Shown here in pieces: positions 45,967-56,356 of a stretch of DNA of 64,000 nucleotides. This DNA is from Oscillospiraceae bacterium. Its GTDB lineage: Bacteria; Bacillota; Clostridia; UMGS1840. Under the pieces are notes generated by a model. The model saw only the letters and a program-made list of their open reading frames with translations, was not told the DNA's origin and searched no databases. A program made the translations under genes and the position numbers. Within the stretch, counting starts at the first letter, position 1. Each line of letters begins with the position of its first letter. The stretch spans positions 3,054-67,053 of the forward strand of contig SVKD01000004.1 of the NCBI GenBank assembly GCA_015068645.1. The letters run 5' to 3'.

Positions 45967-48612
45967 ATGGAAAAAATGGGTCTTAACCAAATCCGAGAAG
46001 AATTTTTATCATTCTTCCAGGAAAAAGCGCATTTAAGAATGCAGTCTTTTCCTTTGGTGCCGATTAACGACAACTCCCTCTTGTTAATCAATGCAGGGAT
46101 GGCACCTTTAAAAAAATATTTTACGGGAGAAGAAACTCCTCCCTCCAAACGTGTAACCACCTGTCAGAAATGTATCAGAACTCCTGATATTGAACGTGTT
46201 GGAAAAACCGCACGTCACGGTACTTTCTTTGAAATGCTGGGGAATTTCTCCTTTGGTGATTACTTTAAAAACGAAGTAACCGGCTGGGCATGGGAATTTA
46301 TTACCGAACGTATGAAATTACCCGTGGACAGACTGTGGGTCAGCGTGTATCAGGACGATGATGAAGCATATGATATCTGGACCAAAAAAGTTGGTGTTTC
46401 TCCCGACCGTATGGTTCGTTTAGGCAAAGAAGATAACTTCTGGGAAATCGGTACCGGTCCCTGCGGTCCTTGTTCTGAAATTTACTTTGACCGTGGTGAA
46501 GAAAACGGATGCGGCAGCCCCGACTGTGCAGTTGGTTGTGACTGTGACCGTTTCGTAGAATTCTGGAACCTGGTATTTACCCAGTTTGATAAAGATAAAG
46601 ACGGCAACTATAACCGTCTGGCTCATCCTAATATTGACACCGGTATGGGTCTGGAACGTATCGCTGCAATTATGCAGGGCGTTGGTTCCTTATTTGAAGT
46701 TGACACCGTAAAAAGGGTGTTGGACACCGTTTGTCAGATGTCCGGCAAAACCTATGGTGCTGCTCACGAAACCGACGTTTCTATCCGTGTGGTAACTGAC
46801 CATATCCGTTCCACCGTGTTCTTGGTATCTGACGGTGTTATTCCTTCCAACGAAGGCAGAGGCTATGTGTTAAGAAGATTACTCCGTCGTGCAGCCCGTC
46901 ACGGAAAACTGTTGGGAATCGACAAAATGTTCTTAACTGAACTTGCCGATGTGGTAATTTCCCAGTCCAAAGATGCATATCCGGAACTGGCGGAAAAACA
47001 GGATTACATCAAGAAAATTATCTCCACAGAAGAAGAAAAATTCTATAAAACCATTGATGCAGGCCTCTTAATGCTCAGCGATTTCATCACTGATATGAAA
47101 GCGAAAAACGAAACCGTGTTTGATGGTGAAGTGGCTTTCAAACTGTACGATACCTACGGCTTCCCCCTGGATTTAACCAAGGAAGTAGTAGAAGAAAACG
47201 GCTTTACTTTAGATGAAGACAAGTATCAGGCTTGTATGAATGAACAGAGAGAAAAAGCGAGAAACGCCCGTGGTGATACCTCCACTTTAGGTTGGGAAAA
47301 TGAAGTTGCAAAACTCATCAAAGACCTGCCGTTCTGCGAATTTATCGGCTATGATAACTTAACTTGTGATGCAACTGTTACCGCTATCTTAAAAGACGGC
47401 GAACTGGTTGACGCTTTAGGTACAGGAGAATCCGGCACCGTTCTGACCAATACCACCGTATTCTATGGTGAAAGCGGCGGACAGGCAGGGGACACCGGTA
47501 TTCTGTCTGCAAACGGCGTGAAAGCAGTTGTTACCGATACTGTTAAATATACTGACGGTAAATTTGGTCATATGGTAACCGTGGAATCCGGCGTTTTAGA
47601 AAAAGGCGCAACCATTTCTATGGAAGTGGATAAAGCAAAACGTCTTGCAACTGCAAGAAACCATTCCACCACTCACTTACTGCAGAAAGCTCTGCAGACC
47701 GTGTTGGGTGACCACGTTCATCAGGCAGGTTCTTATGTAACCCCCGAACGTTTACGTTTTGACTTTGCTCATTTTGAAGCAATGACCGCTGATGAAATTG
47801 AAAAAGTAGAAGCTCTGGTAAACGATGCCATCTTATCTGCAATGGAAATCAATTGCAGAGTAATGCCCATTGATGAAGCGAAAAAACTGGGTGCTATGGC
47901 ACTCTTCGGCGAAAAATACGGCGACAATGTTCGTGTGGTAACCATGGGCGATTATTCTATGGAATTCTGTGGCGGTACTCACTTAACCAACACTGCTCAG
48001 GCTGGTCTGTTTAAAATTGTTTCCGAAAGTGGTGTAGCGGCAGGCGTTCGCAGAATTGAAGCCGTAACCGGTACCAACTATCTGGAATATATGGCAAAAA
48101 GAGAAGAACTGTTAAAAGAAACTGCGAAAGTGTTAAAAGTAAATAACCTTTCTGATTTAACTGTTCGTGCAAATCAGTTTGTTGATGAAATGAAAGCACA
48201 GAAACAGCAGATGGATGAACTTCGTGCAAAACTTTCCAAAGGGGAAGCAGACGAAATCTTGAATTCTGCAAAGGATGTTTCCGGCGTTGCTTTAATCACC
48301 GCACAAAAAGAAGGGGCAACCGTGGATATGCTCCGTAATCTGTGTGACGAAATTAAGAATAAATTTGCAGAAAATCCCGTTGTGATTGTTCTGTCTAACT
48401 TGGCAGACGATAAAATCACCTTCTTAGCAAGTGCCAACAAAGCGGCAACTGCAAAAGGTGCACACGCAGGTAACATCATCCGTGAAGTAACCAAAGCGGC
48501 AGGCGGTTCCGGTGGCGGTAAACCTGATATGGCACAGGGTGGCGGTAAAGATGCTTCTAAAATTGCGGATGCGATTGCGTTGGCAGAAGAAGTTCTGAAA
48601 GGACAGTTGTAA
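45967..48612 (+). CDS. alaS: alanine--tRNA ligase
   Basis: 881 aa. Class II core FFEMLGNFSFGDYFK, HSTTHLL editing-domain motif and C-terminal DHHA1-like GGGKPDMAQGGG. Confidence 0.96.
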   Translation: MEKMGLNQIREEFLSFFQEKAHLRMQSFPLVPINDNSLLLINAGMAPLKKYFTGEETPPSKRVTTCQKCIRTPDIERVGKTARHGTFFEMLGNFSFGDYFKNEVTGWAWEFITERMKLPVDRLWVSVYQDDDEAYDIWTKKVGVSPDRMVRLGKEDNFWEIGTGPCGPCSEIYFDRGEENGCGSPDCAVGCDCDRFVEFWNLVFTQFDKDKDGNYNRLAHPNIDTGMGLERIAAIMQGVGSLFEVDTVKRVLDTVCQMSGKTYGAAHETDVSIRVVTDHIRSTVFLVSDGVIPSNEGRGYVLRRLLRRAARHGKLLGIDKMFLTELADVVISQSKDAYPELAEKQDYIKKIISTEEEKFYKTIDAGLLMLSDFITDMKAKNETVFDGEVAFKLYDTYGFPLDLTKEVVEENGFTLDEDKYQACMNEQREKARNARGDTSTLGWENEVAKLIKDLPFCEFIGYDNLTCDATVTAILKDGELVDALGTGESGTVLTNTTVFYGESGGQAGDTGILSANGVKAVVTDTVKYTDGKFGHMVTVESGVLEKGATISMEVDKAKRLATARNHSTTHLLQKALQTVLGDHVHQAGSYVTPERLRFDFAHFEAMTADEIEKVEALVNDAILSAMEINCRVMPIDEAKKLGAMALFGEKYGDNVRVVTMGDYSMEFCGGTHLTNTAQAGLFKIVSESGVAAGVRRIEAVTGTNYLEYMAKREELLKETAKVLKVNNLSDLTVRANQFVDEMKAQKQQMDELRAKLSKGEADEILNSAKDVSGVALITAQKEGATVDMLRNLCDEIKNKFAENPVVIVLSNLADDKITFLASANKAATAKGAHAGNIIREVTKAAGGSGGGKPDMAQGGGKDASKIADAIALAEEVLKGQL

Positions 48613-48614
48613 TC

Positions 48615-48959
48615 ATGGAAGATTGTTTATTCTGTAAAATCATCAAAGGGGAAATCCCTTCTAAAAAAGCTTACGAAGATGAAAATGTGTATGCATTCTG
48701 GGATATTGCTCCCACTGCACCCGTACACATTCTGGTGATTCCCAAAAAGCATATTGCCACCTTGAATGATGTAAACGGCGAAAATGCAGATGTGATTGCA
48801 AAAATCTACGAAGCAATTCCGAAAATTGCCAAAGAAAACGGTATTGCGGAAGATGGATACCGCGTAGTATCCAACTGTAATCAGGCAGCAGGGCAGACGG
48901 TATTTCATATTCACTTCCATTTATTGGGTGGCAGAGAATTAACCTGGCCTGCAGGTTGA
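48615..48959 (+). CDS. histidine triad (HIT) family protein
   Basis: 114 aa. HIHFHLLGG. Confidence 0.9.
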   Translation: MEDCLFCKIIKGEIPSKKAYEDENVYAFWDIAPTAPVHILVIPKKHIATLNDVNGENADVIAKIYEAIPKIAKENGIAEDGYRVVSNCNQAAGQTVFHIHFHLLGGRELTWPAG

Positions 48960-49026
48960 TTCCAGTATTTTCAAGATAGCAGAAAAAATATTAAAAAGTG
49001 CCTGTATTGGTACATAGGAGGAAAAC

Positions 49027-50346
49027 ATGTTTAAAGGTATCAGTAAAATTCTGATTGCCATTGCCGTAATTGCGGTGCTTTGTGTCAGCGCGATTACCGG
49101 TTTGACAATCGGTTCTTTTAAGACATACCCTGTTTTTGATGCAGAACACGGTATCAGAAAAGGTTTTGACTTAGCCGGGGGTTCGGTTATAGTTTACCAG
49201 GCATCCCAAAAGGCGGAAGACGGTTCTTTCACAGAAATTGAACCCTCTGCATCTCAGATGGATGTTGCAAGAAAGATTATCCAGGCTCGTCTGGATAGAA
49301 AAGGTTTTACCGAAGGTAGTGTTACTGCAAAAGGAAACATGCTGGAAGTAGAACTTCCGTCTGTACAGGATACAGCGGCTGCAATTAACGAAATCGGTCA
49401 GACTGCAAAGTTATCTTTCTGCGGATATGATCCCGCAACCGGCGAATTTCTTGGCGATGACATTTTTACCGGAGAAGATGTAAAAAAAGCAGATGGGATA
49501 TATATGCAGAGCGGAGTAACAGCTGCTCCCGCTCAGCACGTTGTTGCAATCGAAATTTCAAATGATGCAGCGCAGCGTTTTTACGAAGCAACTATGGAAT
49601 ATGATGGAAAAGCCATTGCTATTAAGTTAGATGACAATATCATTTCTGCTCCCATGGTTACTCAACCGATTAACAGCAACCAGTTTACCATTGAAGGTAA
49701 CTTTGACAAAGATTCTGCTGCCGAATTAGCAGCCTTGATTCAGGACGGTCAGTTGCCTTTCCAGCTTTCCGTTGTTCAACAGAGAACTGCAGGTCCTACC
49801 TTGGGTGAATCTGCATTAAATACCAGTTTACAGGCGGCAATGATTGGTTTAATCATCATTTTTGTGTTTATGATTTTATACTATCGTTTGCCCGGTCTTG
49901 CAGCATCAATTGCATTGGTGTTCTATGTAGTATTATGTTGTCTCATTTATTCCTTTATGAGAATTAATCTGTCATTACCGGGTATTGCAGGGGTTATTCT
50001 GTCCATCGGTATGGCTGTGGATGCCAATGTCATTATCTTCGAACGTATGAAAGAAGAATTCAAACTTGGCAAAACCTTAAAAGCATCTTTGGATGCCGGT
50101 TTCAAACGTGCAATGATTTCTATTATTGACTCCAACGTTACCACTCTGATTGCTGCAGGGGTATTGTATTTCATCGGTTCCGGTCCGATCAAAGGCTTTG
50201 CAACCACTTTAGGTATCGGCGTATTAGTATCTATGTTTACTGCCATTATTGTTACCAAATTCCTGTTAAAAGCAATGGTTGATATGAAGATTAAAAATAA
50301 GTTCCTCTATGGAGCACCCGGAAAAGGAGGTAACAAAAATGCTTAA
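49027..50346 (+). CDS. secD: protein translocase subunit SecD
   Basis: 439 aa. Periplasmic-type domain plus six C-terminal TM helices. Followed by secF. Confidence 0.9.
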   Translation: MFKGISKILIAIAVIAVLCVSAITGLTIGSFKTYPVFDAEHGIRKGFDLAGGSVIVYQASQKAEDGSFTEIEPSASQMDVARKIIQARLDRKGFTEGSVTAKGNMLEVELPSVQDTAAAINEIGQTAKLSFCGYDPATGEFLGDDIFTGEDVKKADGIYMQSGVTAAPAQHVVAIEISNDAAQRFYEATMEYDGKAIAIKLDDNIISAPMVTQPINSNQFTIEGNFDKDSAAELAALIQDGQLPFQLSVVQQRTAGPTLGESALNTSLQAAMIGLIIIFVFMILYYRLPGLAASIALVFYVVLCCLIYSFMRINLSLPGIAGVILSIGMAVDANVIIFERMKEEFKLGKTLKASLDAGFKRAMISIIDSNVTTLIAAGVLYFIGSGPIKGFATTLGIGVLVSMFTAIIVTKFLLKAMVDMKIKNKFLYGAPGKGGNKNA

Positions 50347-51217
50347 TATTTATAAAAACAGATGGATTTTTATTGCGATTTCTGTTGCGCTGATTCTGGT
50401 TGGTATTGTGTTTACTGCCGTAAACGGTTTCAATTTGGATATTGATTTTGCAGGCGGTACCAGCATTACTTTTGATGCAGGACAGGCTATCAATAAAGAA
50501 GAAGTTGCAACACTTGCAAACGATACACTTGGTTTCAACATTTCTGCTGTGCAGGTAAATACCGAAAATCCCAATGAATTTACCATTAAGGCAAAGGATT
50601 TAACAAGTGACCAGTCTGATGCGGTTATTGCCGCATTGATTGCAAAATACGGTTTAGCAGAAGATTATAGTGATTATTCTGTAAATTCTTTTTCTCCGTC
50701 CTATGGTCAAAAATTATTAAAGGAAGCTTTAATTGCAGTAGGTATTGCAGTGGTATTAATGCTGGTGTATATTACCATTCGTTTTGAGTTCTTATCCGGT
50801 TTAAGTGCAATTGTTGCTTTAATTCATGATGTACTCATTATGATTTCGGTATATGCAATTTTCCGTGTTCCGGTAAATGCTTCTTTTGTGGCTGTAGTTC
50901 TGACTATTTTGGGTTACTCTATTAACAACACCATCGTTGTGTTTGACAGAATCCGTGAAAACAGAAAAGCTGCAGGCAACGAGACTTTTGCAGATACTAC
51001 CAATAAAAGTATCAAACAGACTTTGGGACGTTCCATCAACACTACCATCACTACCTTCGTAATGGTTGCAGTGCTGTATGTGTTGGGCGTGGATTCTATC
51101 AGAGAATTTGCCTTCCCCTTAATGGTTGGTGTTATCGGCGGTGCATATTCATCTCTCTTTGTTGTTTCTCCCGTATGGGCAATGTTAAAAGAAGCAACTG
51201 CGAAAAAAGCAAAATAA
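50339..51217 (+). CDS. secF: protein translocase subunit SecF
   Basis: ORF 50309..51217. Start at ATG 50339 (MLNIYKNRW) behind AAAGGAGG. Overlaps the secD stop. Confidence 0.9.
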   Translation: MLNIYKNRWIFIAISVALILVGIVFTAVNGFNLDIDFAGGTSITFDAGQAINKEEVATLANDTLGFNISAVQVNTENPNEFTIKAKDLTSDQSDAVIAALIAKYGLAEDYSDYSVNSFSPSYGQKLLKEALIAVGIAVVLMLVYITIRFEFLSGLSAIVALIHDVLIMISVYAIFRVPVNASFVAVVLTILGYSINNTIVVFDRIRENRKAAGNETFADTTNKSIKQTLGRSINTTITTFVMVAVLYVLGVDSIREFAFPLMVGVIGGAYSSLFVVSPVWAMLKEATAKKAK

Positions 51218-51232
51218 ATCATATCACAACAG

Positions 51233-51266
51233 AAAAATGCTTATCGAGTCCGGTAAGCATTTTTTG
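51233..51266 (+). terminator. terminator after secDF
   Basis: ATGCTTA...TAAGCAT stem followed by TTTTT. Confidence 0.75.
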
Positions 51267-51290
51267 TTTCTTTAGGGCAATTTCTAATTG

Positions 51291-51319
51291 TTGACAAATG
51301 TATCATTAGATGTTATAAT
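51291..51319 (+). promoter_or_regulatory. consensus promoter of the glycosyltransferase/fkp operon
   Basis: TTGACA, 17 nt, TGtTATAAT. Confidence 0.7.
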
Positions 51320-51371
51320 AGGAAGAGAAATTTTTGTTGTTTTTAATCCGTCAGTAAGGAGTTTATCATTT

Positions 51372-52544
51372 ATGAAAAAGAAGATTTTTATTTGTGCCAG
51401 TGCACATTTTCCCCATGGGGATGCCGGTGCCAATCGAATTGAATATATTGCTCAGGCACTTAGTTTAGCTTCTTATGACGTTGTGGTGCTATCTTGTGGG
51501 AAAACACCGGATGGTGCAACCTTAAAAGATGATTATGTATCTTATTTAGGATTTCGGTATCGGAATTTGGAATTAACTGATGCCAGAAAAGAAAAACTTT
51601 TCAGTGGTTATATGATGGCATCGCTTTTAAAAAAATGTGGTGCTCAAAAAGAGGATATTGTTTATATTTATGGTTCCAACAGTTTGTTTGTTTCTCCTGT
51701 GCTGAATTTTTGTAAGAAGAAAAATATCAAAACCGTAATTGACGTGGTGGAATGGCATCAGCCTTTCCAATATCCCAAAGGGGAAAAAGATGTCCGTTAT
51801 AAATCTTCCAATAAAACGTTTACCAAATTATCACCTAAGACCAGCGGAATTGTTTCCATTTCCAAATGTATCCGTGATTATTATTTCAAGCAGGGATGTT
51901 ATACCGAGGTGTTTCCTGTGATCATTGATGCAGATAGTATTTCCTATGATTTGCAAAAAAAATCTCAGGATGAAAAAATTCATCTGATTTATCCGGGCAA
52001 TCCCATGCATAAGGATGATATCGGTGTGATGCTGGAAGGTCTTTCGTTATTATCCAATGAGGAACAGAAAAAAATTACCATGCATTTAACCGGCGTGAAA
52101 GAAGAAAAACTTCGTGCTTTTTTAGGGGATGGACAATCTGTATTTGACCGTTTGGGAGATACCATTTGTTTTCACGGTTGGATGGAATATGACGAGTTGA
52201 TAGAACTCTATCAGTCAGTAGACTTTTTATATATGTCCCGACCGGATAATTTAGTTACCCGTGCTAATTTTCCCAGCAAATTGCCGGAACTAATGGCTTA
52301 TGCTGTGGCACCTATCGGCAATCGGGTAGGGGACTATTATCGGTATTTGACGGATGGTGTGGATTCTGTTTTATTTGATAAGAATACTCCCGAAGATTGC
52401 GCCAATGCTATTCGTCGGGTGATTGCTTTGAGCAAGGAAGAACGAAAAAATATGTGTCAAAATGCCAGAAATACAGTTTGCGAAAAATTTGATTATAAAA
52501 AATGGGCAAAAAAACTGGATAAATTTATGGAGAATCTGAAATGA
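51372..52544 (+). CDS. GT-B fold glycosyltransferase (GT4-like)
   Basis: ORF 51288..52544. Start at ATG 51372 (MKKKIFICASAH). C-terminal half carries an EX7E-like region (FPSKLPELMAY). Confidence 0.75.
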   Translation: MKKKIFICASAHFPHGDAGANRIEYIAQALSLASYDVVVLSCGKTPDGATLKDDYVSYLGFRYRNLELTDARKEKLFSGYMMASLLKKCGAQKEDIVYIYGSNSLFVSPVLNFCKKKNIKTVIDVVEWHQPFQYPKGEKDVRYKSSNKTFTKLSPKTSGIVSISKCIRDYYFKQGCYTEVFPVIIDADSISYDLQKKSQDEKIHLIYPGNPMHKDDIGVMLEGLSLLSNEEQKKITMHLTGVKEEKLRAFLGDGQSVFDRLGDTICFHGWMEYDELIELYQSVDFLYMSRPDNLVTRANFPSKLPELMAYAVAPIGNRVGDYYRYLTDGVDSVLFDKNTPEDCANAIRRVIALSKEERKNMCQNARNTVCEKFDYKKWAKKLDKFMENLK

Positions 52545-53143
52545 AAAATATGATAAAAGGTATTCTTCGATTTTTTTATTATTTGCCTTCTAACTTCAGT
52601 AACCGAATCCGATACAAACTGAAGGGTGTTCGTGTGGGAAAAAAACACGAAACCAAAGGCAATTTATGTATTAAAAATAAAGGAACTATTACCATTGGTG
52701 ATCGTGTCCGTATCAATTCTAAAGGAAGCGCCAACCCCATCGGTGGTGGAGAGAAAACCTATTTTCAGGTGTTGTCCGGTGCTAAGCTTACCATTGGCAA
52801 TGATGTGGGAATGTCCAACTGTGCCATTACGGCAGGGAATAGCGTAACCATTGGTGATTATGTAAGAATCGGCGCCGGAGTGAAAATATATGATACTGAT
52901 TTTCATTCCCTGAATCCTTTTGAAAGAACTGCAAAACCTGAAATTGCTAATGTGGTTACGAAACCCGTTATGCTAGAAGATTATGCTTTTATCGGTGCAG
53001 GAAGTTATATTCTAAAAGGTGTTACCGTTGGAAAATACAGCATTATCGGTGCAGGTTCTGTTGTGACGAAAGATGTTCCCCAAGGGGAAATCTGGGCAGG
53101 AAACCCTGCAAAAAAAATTGGTATTGTGCCATTAGAAACTTAA
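52541..53143 (+). CDS. hexapeptide-repeat (LbH) sugar O-acetyltransferase
   Basis: 200 aa. Repeated [LIV]G hexapeptides and C-terminal IWAGNPAKKI. 4-nt overlap with the GT gene. Confidence 0.8.
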   Translation: MKNMIKGILRFFYYLPSNFSNRIRYKLKGVRVGKKHETKGNLCIKNKGTITIGDRVRINSKGSANPIGGGEKTYFQVLSGAKLTIGNDVGMSNCAITAGNSVTIGDYVRIGAGVKIYDTDFHSLNPFERTAKPEIANVVTKPVMLEDYAFIGAGSYILKGVTVGKYSIIGAGSVVTKDVPQGEIWAGNPAKKIGIVPLET

Positions 53144-53187
53144 GAAATTCTTGAAATTGTTTCATAAAATAACGAAGGAGTCAAGTG

Positions 53188-56184
53188 ATGGAGCATTTAA
53201 CCTCTCTTTTTCTTGCACAATCTTATAGTGACGCCTGGGAAACTTACAAAAGAAGCTTGAAAGCATCCAATGCTGTTTATTGGGATTATGTGATTTTAAC
53301 TGCATCCAATGAGCTTCAAGCGGAAGGTTACCGTTCTCAGTTAAAAGCCCGGGAAGATAGCGGATTTTTGCCAAAACATACCCATTTTGCAGTGATTCCT
53401 GATCCTGACGGAAAACGTGTGGGTAGCGGTGGTGCTACCTTAAGTGTCATTCGTTATATTGCAGAACATAGTGGGAATGTTGATTTTTCGGGACTTCGTA
53501 TCTTAGTCATTCATTCCGGAGGAGACAGTAAGAGAGTACCGCAGTATTCTGCTTTGGGCAAACTTTTTTCACCGGTTCCTAACTGTCTTCCCAATCAGAT
53601 GGCATCTACCTTGTTTGATGAATTTATGATGGTGATGTCTTCAGTTCCCGGCAGAATTCGTGAAGGAATGCTTTTGGCTTCCGGTGATGTTTTGCTATTA
53701 TTCAATCCTTTGCAGATTGATTATTCAGGTGTTGGTGCCTGTGCGATTTCTTTTAAAGAACCTGTGGAAACAGGAAAAAACCACGGTGTGTTTGTGCAAG
53801 GCGAAAATGGGAATGTTTCTGCCTTTTTGCATAAACAAAGTGTTGAAGACCTTACTAAAAAAAATGCAGTCAATGAAAAAGGTTGTGTAGATATTGATAC
53901 CGGTGCTGTGGTGTTTTCTGCAGAGATGCTTTCTTCTTTGTACAGCCTTATTTGTACCAACGGCATTTTTGATACTGATAAGTTCAATCAGTTTGTCAAT
54001 GAAAAAGTTCGCCTTTCTTTATATGGCGATTTCTTATATCCTTTGGCAGAAACTTCCACTTTAGATGCATTTTACAAAGAAAAACCTGAAGGGGAGTTCT
54101 GCGATGAACTAAAAACAGCAAGAGAGCAGGTATGGAGCGTGCTTCGTCCGTATCGAATGAAACTGCTCCGATTTGCACCTGCCAAATTTATTCACTTTGG
54201 CACTACTTCTGAAATTCTTCGTCTGATGTCTTCTGAAATTGATAAATATGATAATCTGGGATGGAGCCGTCAGGTCAACAGCAGTATTCCCCTAAGTGCA
54301 GCAGGATACACCAGTATTGTTTCCGACCAAGCGAACGTGGGGAAAGACTGTTATTTTGAACTGAGCCATATTCATAGCGGTGTAACGGTTGGGGATAACG
54401 TATTGTTATCTCACATTGAAGTGAAAGAAGGAAATATTCCTTCTAATGTTGTGCTGCACGGCTTAAAACAGCGTGACGGGAAATTTGTGGCACGTATCTA
54501 TGGTGTGTCTGATAATCCAAAACTATCGTTAGAGGATAACGCATCTTTGTGCGGTGTTCATTTGGCAGACTTTTTAGAAAAACTGAATCTTTCCCAGAAG
54601 GATTTGTGGGACAGTAATGACCATACTTTATGGAATGCGAAGCTTTATCCTGTTTGTGATACTATGGAAGAAGCAGTTTCTCACGCTTTGAATTTATACA
54701 ATCTTTGCTACGGAGCAGGAGATTTTACTCTTTGGAAAAACACCGAAAGAAAAAGTTTATCTGCCGGATTTTTTGATGCAGATGCAAATGCAATTATTGC
54801 TTGGAATAACCGTATGCGCGAACTGATGGTGATGGAAGGCATTGCAAAAGCTATCGCAGATGGCGTCAGTGCGGATGAAGTATGCCAGGCTTATCGTTTT
54901 CAACATTTAACCAAAATGCAGGAAGATTGGCTGAAAAACTATTTTAAAACAGCAGATTTTTCTGCAAAAATCAGACTGTATTATTATATTGGAAAAATTT
55001 TAGGCGAAACCTATGGTGATGAATATTTTTCCAAATGTTTTGGCTGTATTCGTGACACGATTTTGCAAAACAGTATGGATACTACCACCTACCACAGCGA
55101 ATGCAGAATTCAGATGGACACTCACACAGTTTCTTTGCCGCTCAGAGTAAACTTTGGCGGTGGCTGGAGTGATACTCCACCGTATTGTATTGAGCAGGGC
55201 GGTACAGTTTTCAATGCAGCAATTTTGTTAAACGGTAAAAAACCCGTGGAGGTAACGTTAAAACGGATTCCTGAATATAAAATCGTGCTGGAAAGCCGTG
55301 ATATGGATGTGCACGGAGAATTTACTTCACTCGATCCTCTTTTGGAAACAGGAAATCCCTATGATCCCTTTGCGTTGCAAAAAGCAGCACTTCTTGCTTG
55401 CGGCATTTTACCGAAAGAGGGCGGAAATCTTACCGATATTTTAAAACGGGCTGGTGGCGGCTTTGTGATGGATTCTGAGGTAACCGGTGTTCCCAAGGGG
55501 AGCGGACTGGGTACCAGCTCCATTTTATCAGCAGCTTGTGTGAAAGCCATTTACGAATTTTTTGGAATTTCTTATGATGATGCCAAACTTTATCAGAGCG
55601 TGCTTTGTGTGGAACAAATTATGTCCACGGGTGGCGGTTGGCAGGATCAGGTTGGCGGGGTGACAGATGGATTAAAATATATCACCACCAAGCCTGGTTT
55701 GCTTCAGGATATTCAAGTGGAATATGTGCCGTTAAAACCTGATATTTTAGCAAAGCTAAACCAACGGTTTGCATTGATTTATACCGGTCAGCGCCGATTG
55801 GCAAGAAATCTGTTACGAGAAGTTGTGGGAAGATATATCGGCAATATCCCTGAGGTTGTTTTTTCGCTATCTGAAATTCAGCTGGTTTCTCAAAAAATGA
55901 AAGATACTTTGCTGCTTGGTGATATTGATGCGTTTGCCAATTTAATGAATGAGCATTGGAATTTATCTAAACAAATTGATAGCGGAATTACCAATATTTT
56001 AATTGATCAGATTTTCTTATCTGTGGATGATCTGATTGATGCAAAACTGGTTTGCGGAGCAGGTGGCGGCGGCTTTTTGCAAGTGATTTTAAAAGAAGGA
56101 GTTACTCGTGAGCAGGTTCGCGACCGATTGAAGTCTGTGTTTGGAGACAGTGGTATTGATGTTTGGGATTGTACCATTATATAA
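53188..56184 (+). CDS. fkp: bifunctional L-fucokinase / fucose-1-phosphate guanylyltransferase (Fkp-like)
   Basis: About 998 aa. N-terminal FPGT-like region (WDYVILTASNE..Q..Y..QL, GSGGATL). C-terminal GHMP kinase (PKGSGLGTSSILSAA, GAGGGGF). ATG 53188 lies 7 nt after GAAGGAG. Confidence 0.8.
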   Translation: MEHLTSLFLAQSYSDAWETYKRSLKASNAVYWDYVILTASNELQAEGYRSQLKAREDSGFLPKHTHFAVIPDPDGKRVGSGGATLSVIRYIAEHSGNVDFSGLRILVIHSGGDSKRVPQYSALGKLFSPVPNCLPNQMASTLFDEFMMVMSSVPGRIREGMLLASGDVLLLFNPLQIDYSGVGACAISFKEPVETGKNHGVFVQGENGNVSAFLHKQSVEDLTKKNAVNEKGCVDIDTGAVVFSAEMLSSLYSLICTNGIFDTDKFNQFVNEKVRLSLYGDFLYPLAETSTLDAFYKEKPEGEFCDELKTAREQVWSVLRPYRMKLLRFAPAKFIHFGTTSEILRLMSSEIDKYDNLGWSRQVNSSIPLSAAGYTSIVSDQANVGKDCYFELSHIHSGVTVGDNVLLSHIEVKEGNIPSNVVLHGLKQRDGKFVARIYGVSDNPKLSLEDNASLCGVHLADFLEKLNLSQKDLWDSNDHTLWNAKLYPVCDTMEEAVSHALNLYNLCYGAGDFTLWKNTERKSLSAGFFDADANAIIAWNNRMRELMVMEGIAKAIADGVSADEVCQAYRFQHLTKMQEDWLKNYFKTADFSAKIRLYYYIGKILGETYGDEYFSKCFGCIRDTILQNSMDTTTYHSECRIQMDTHTVSLPLRVNFGGGWSDTPPYCIEQGGTVFNAAILLNGKKPVEVTLKRIPEYKIVLESRDMDVHGEFTSLDPLLETGNPYDPFALQKAALLACGILPKEGGNLTDILKRAGGGFVMDSEVTGVPKGSGLGTSSILSAACVKAIYEFFGISYDDAKLYQSVLCVEQIMSTGGGWQDQVGGVTDGLKYITTKPGLLQDIQVEYVPLKPDILAKLNQRFALIYTGQRRLARNLLREVVGRYIGNIPEVVFSLSEIQLVSQKMKDTLLLGDIDAFANLMNEHWNLSKQIDSGITNILIDQIFLSVDDLIDAKLVCGAGGGGFLQVILKEGVTREQVRDRLKSVFGDSGIDVWDCTII

Positions 56185-56187
56185 GTG

Positions 56188-56225
56188 AAAAAAGTAAGTC
56201 CTCTTATCGGGGACTTGCTTTTTTG
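56188..56225 (+). terminator. terminator after fkp
   Basis: AGTAAGTCC...GGACTTGCT stem followed by TTTTTT. Confidence 0.75.
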
Positions 56226-56227
56226 TC

Positions 56228-56301
56228 TTATTGTGAATACAACAAGGTTCCGGGACACCCGACCGCAATCTTTGATTGCGTTATCGGGTCGGGTTCTTAT
56301 T
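56228..56301 (+). repeat. terminator-associated 64-nt repeat, copy 2 (core 56233-56296)
   Basis: 62 of 64 identical to copy 1 (G24A, C50T). TTATT on both sides. Confidence 0.9.
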
Positions 56302-56356
56302 TTTTTAGGATATGCATATAATGGTCTATCATAAGAACAGGGAGTCGTTGCAAACT

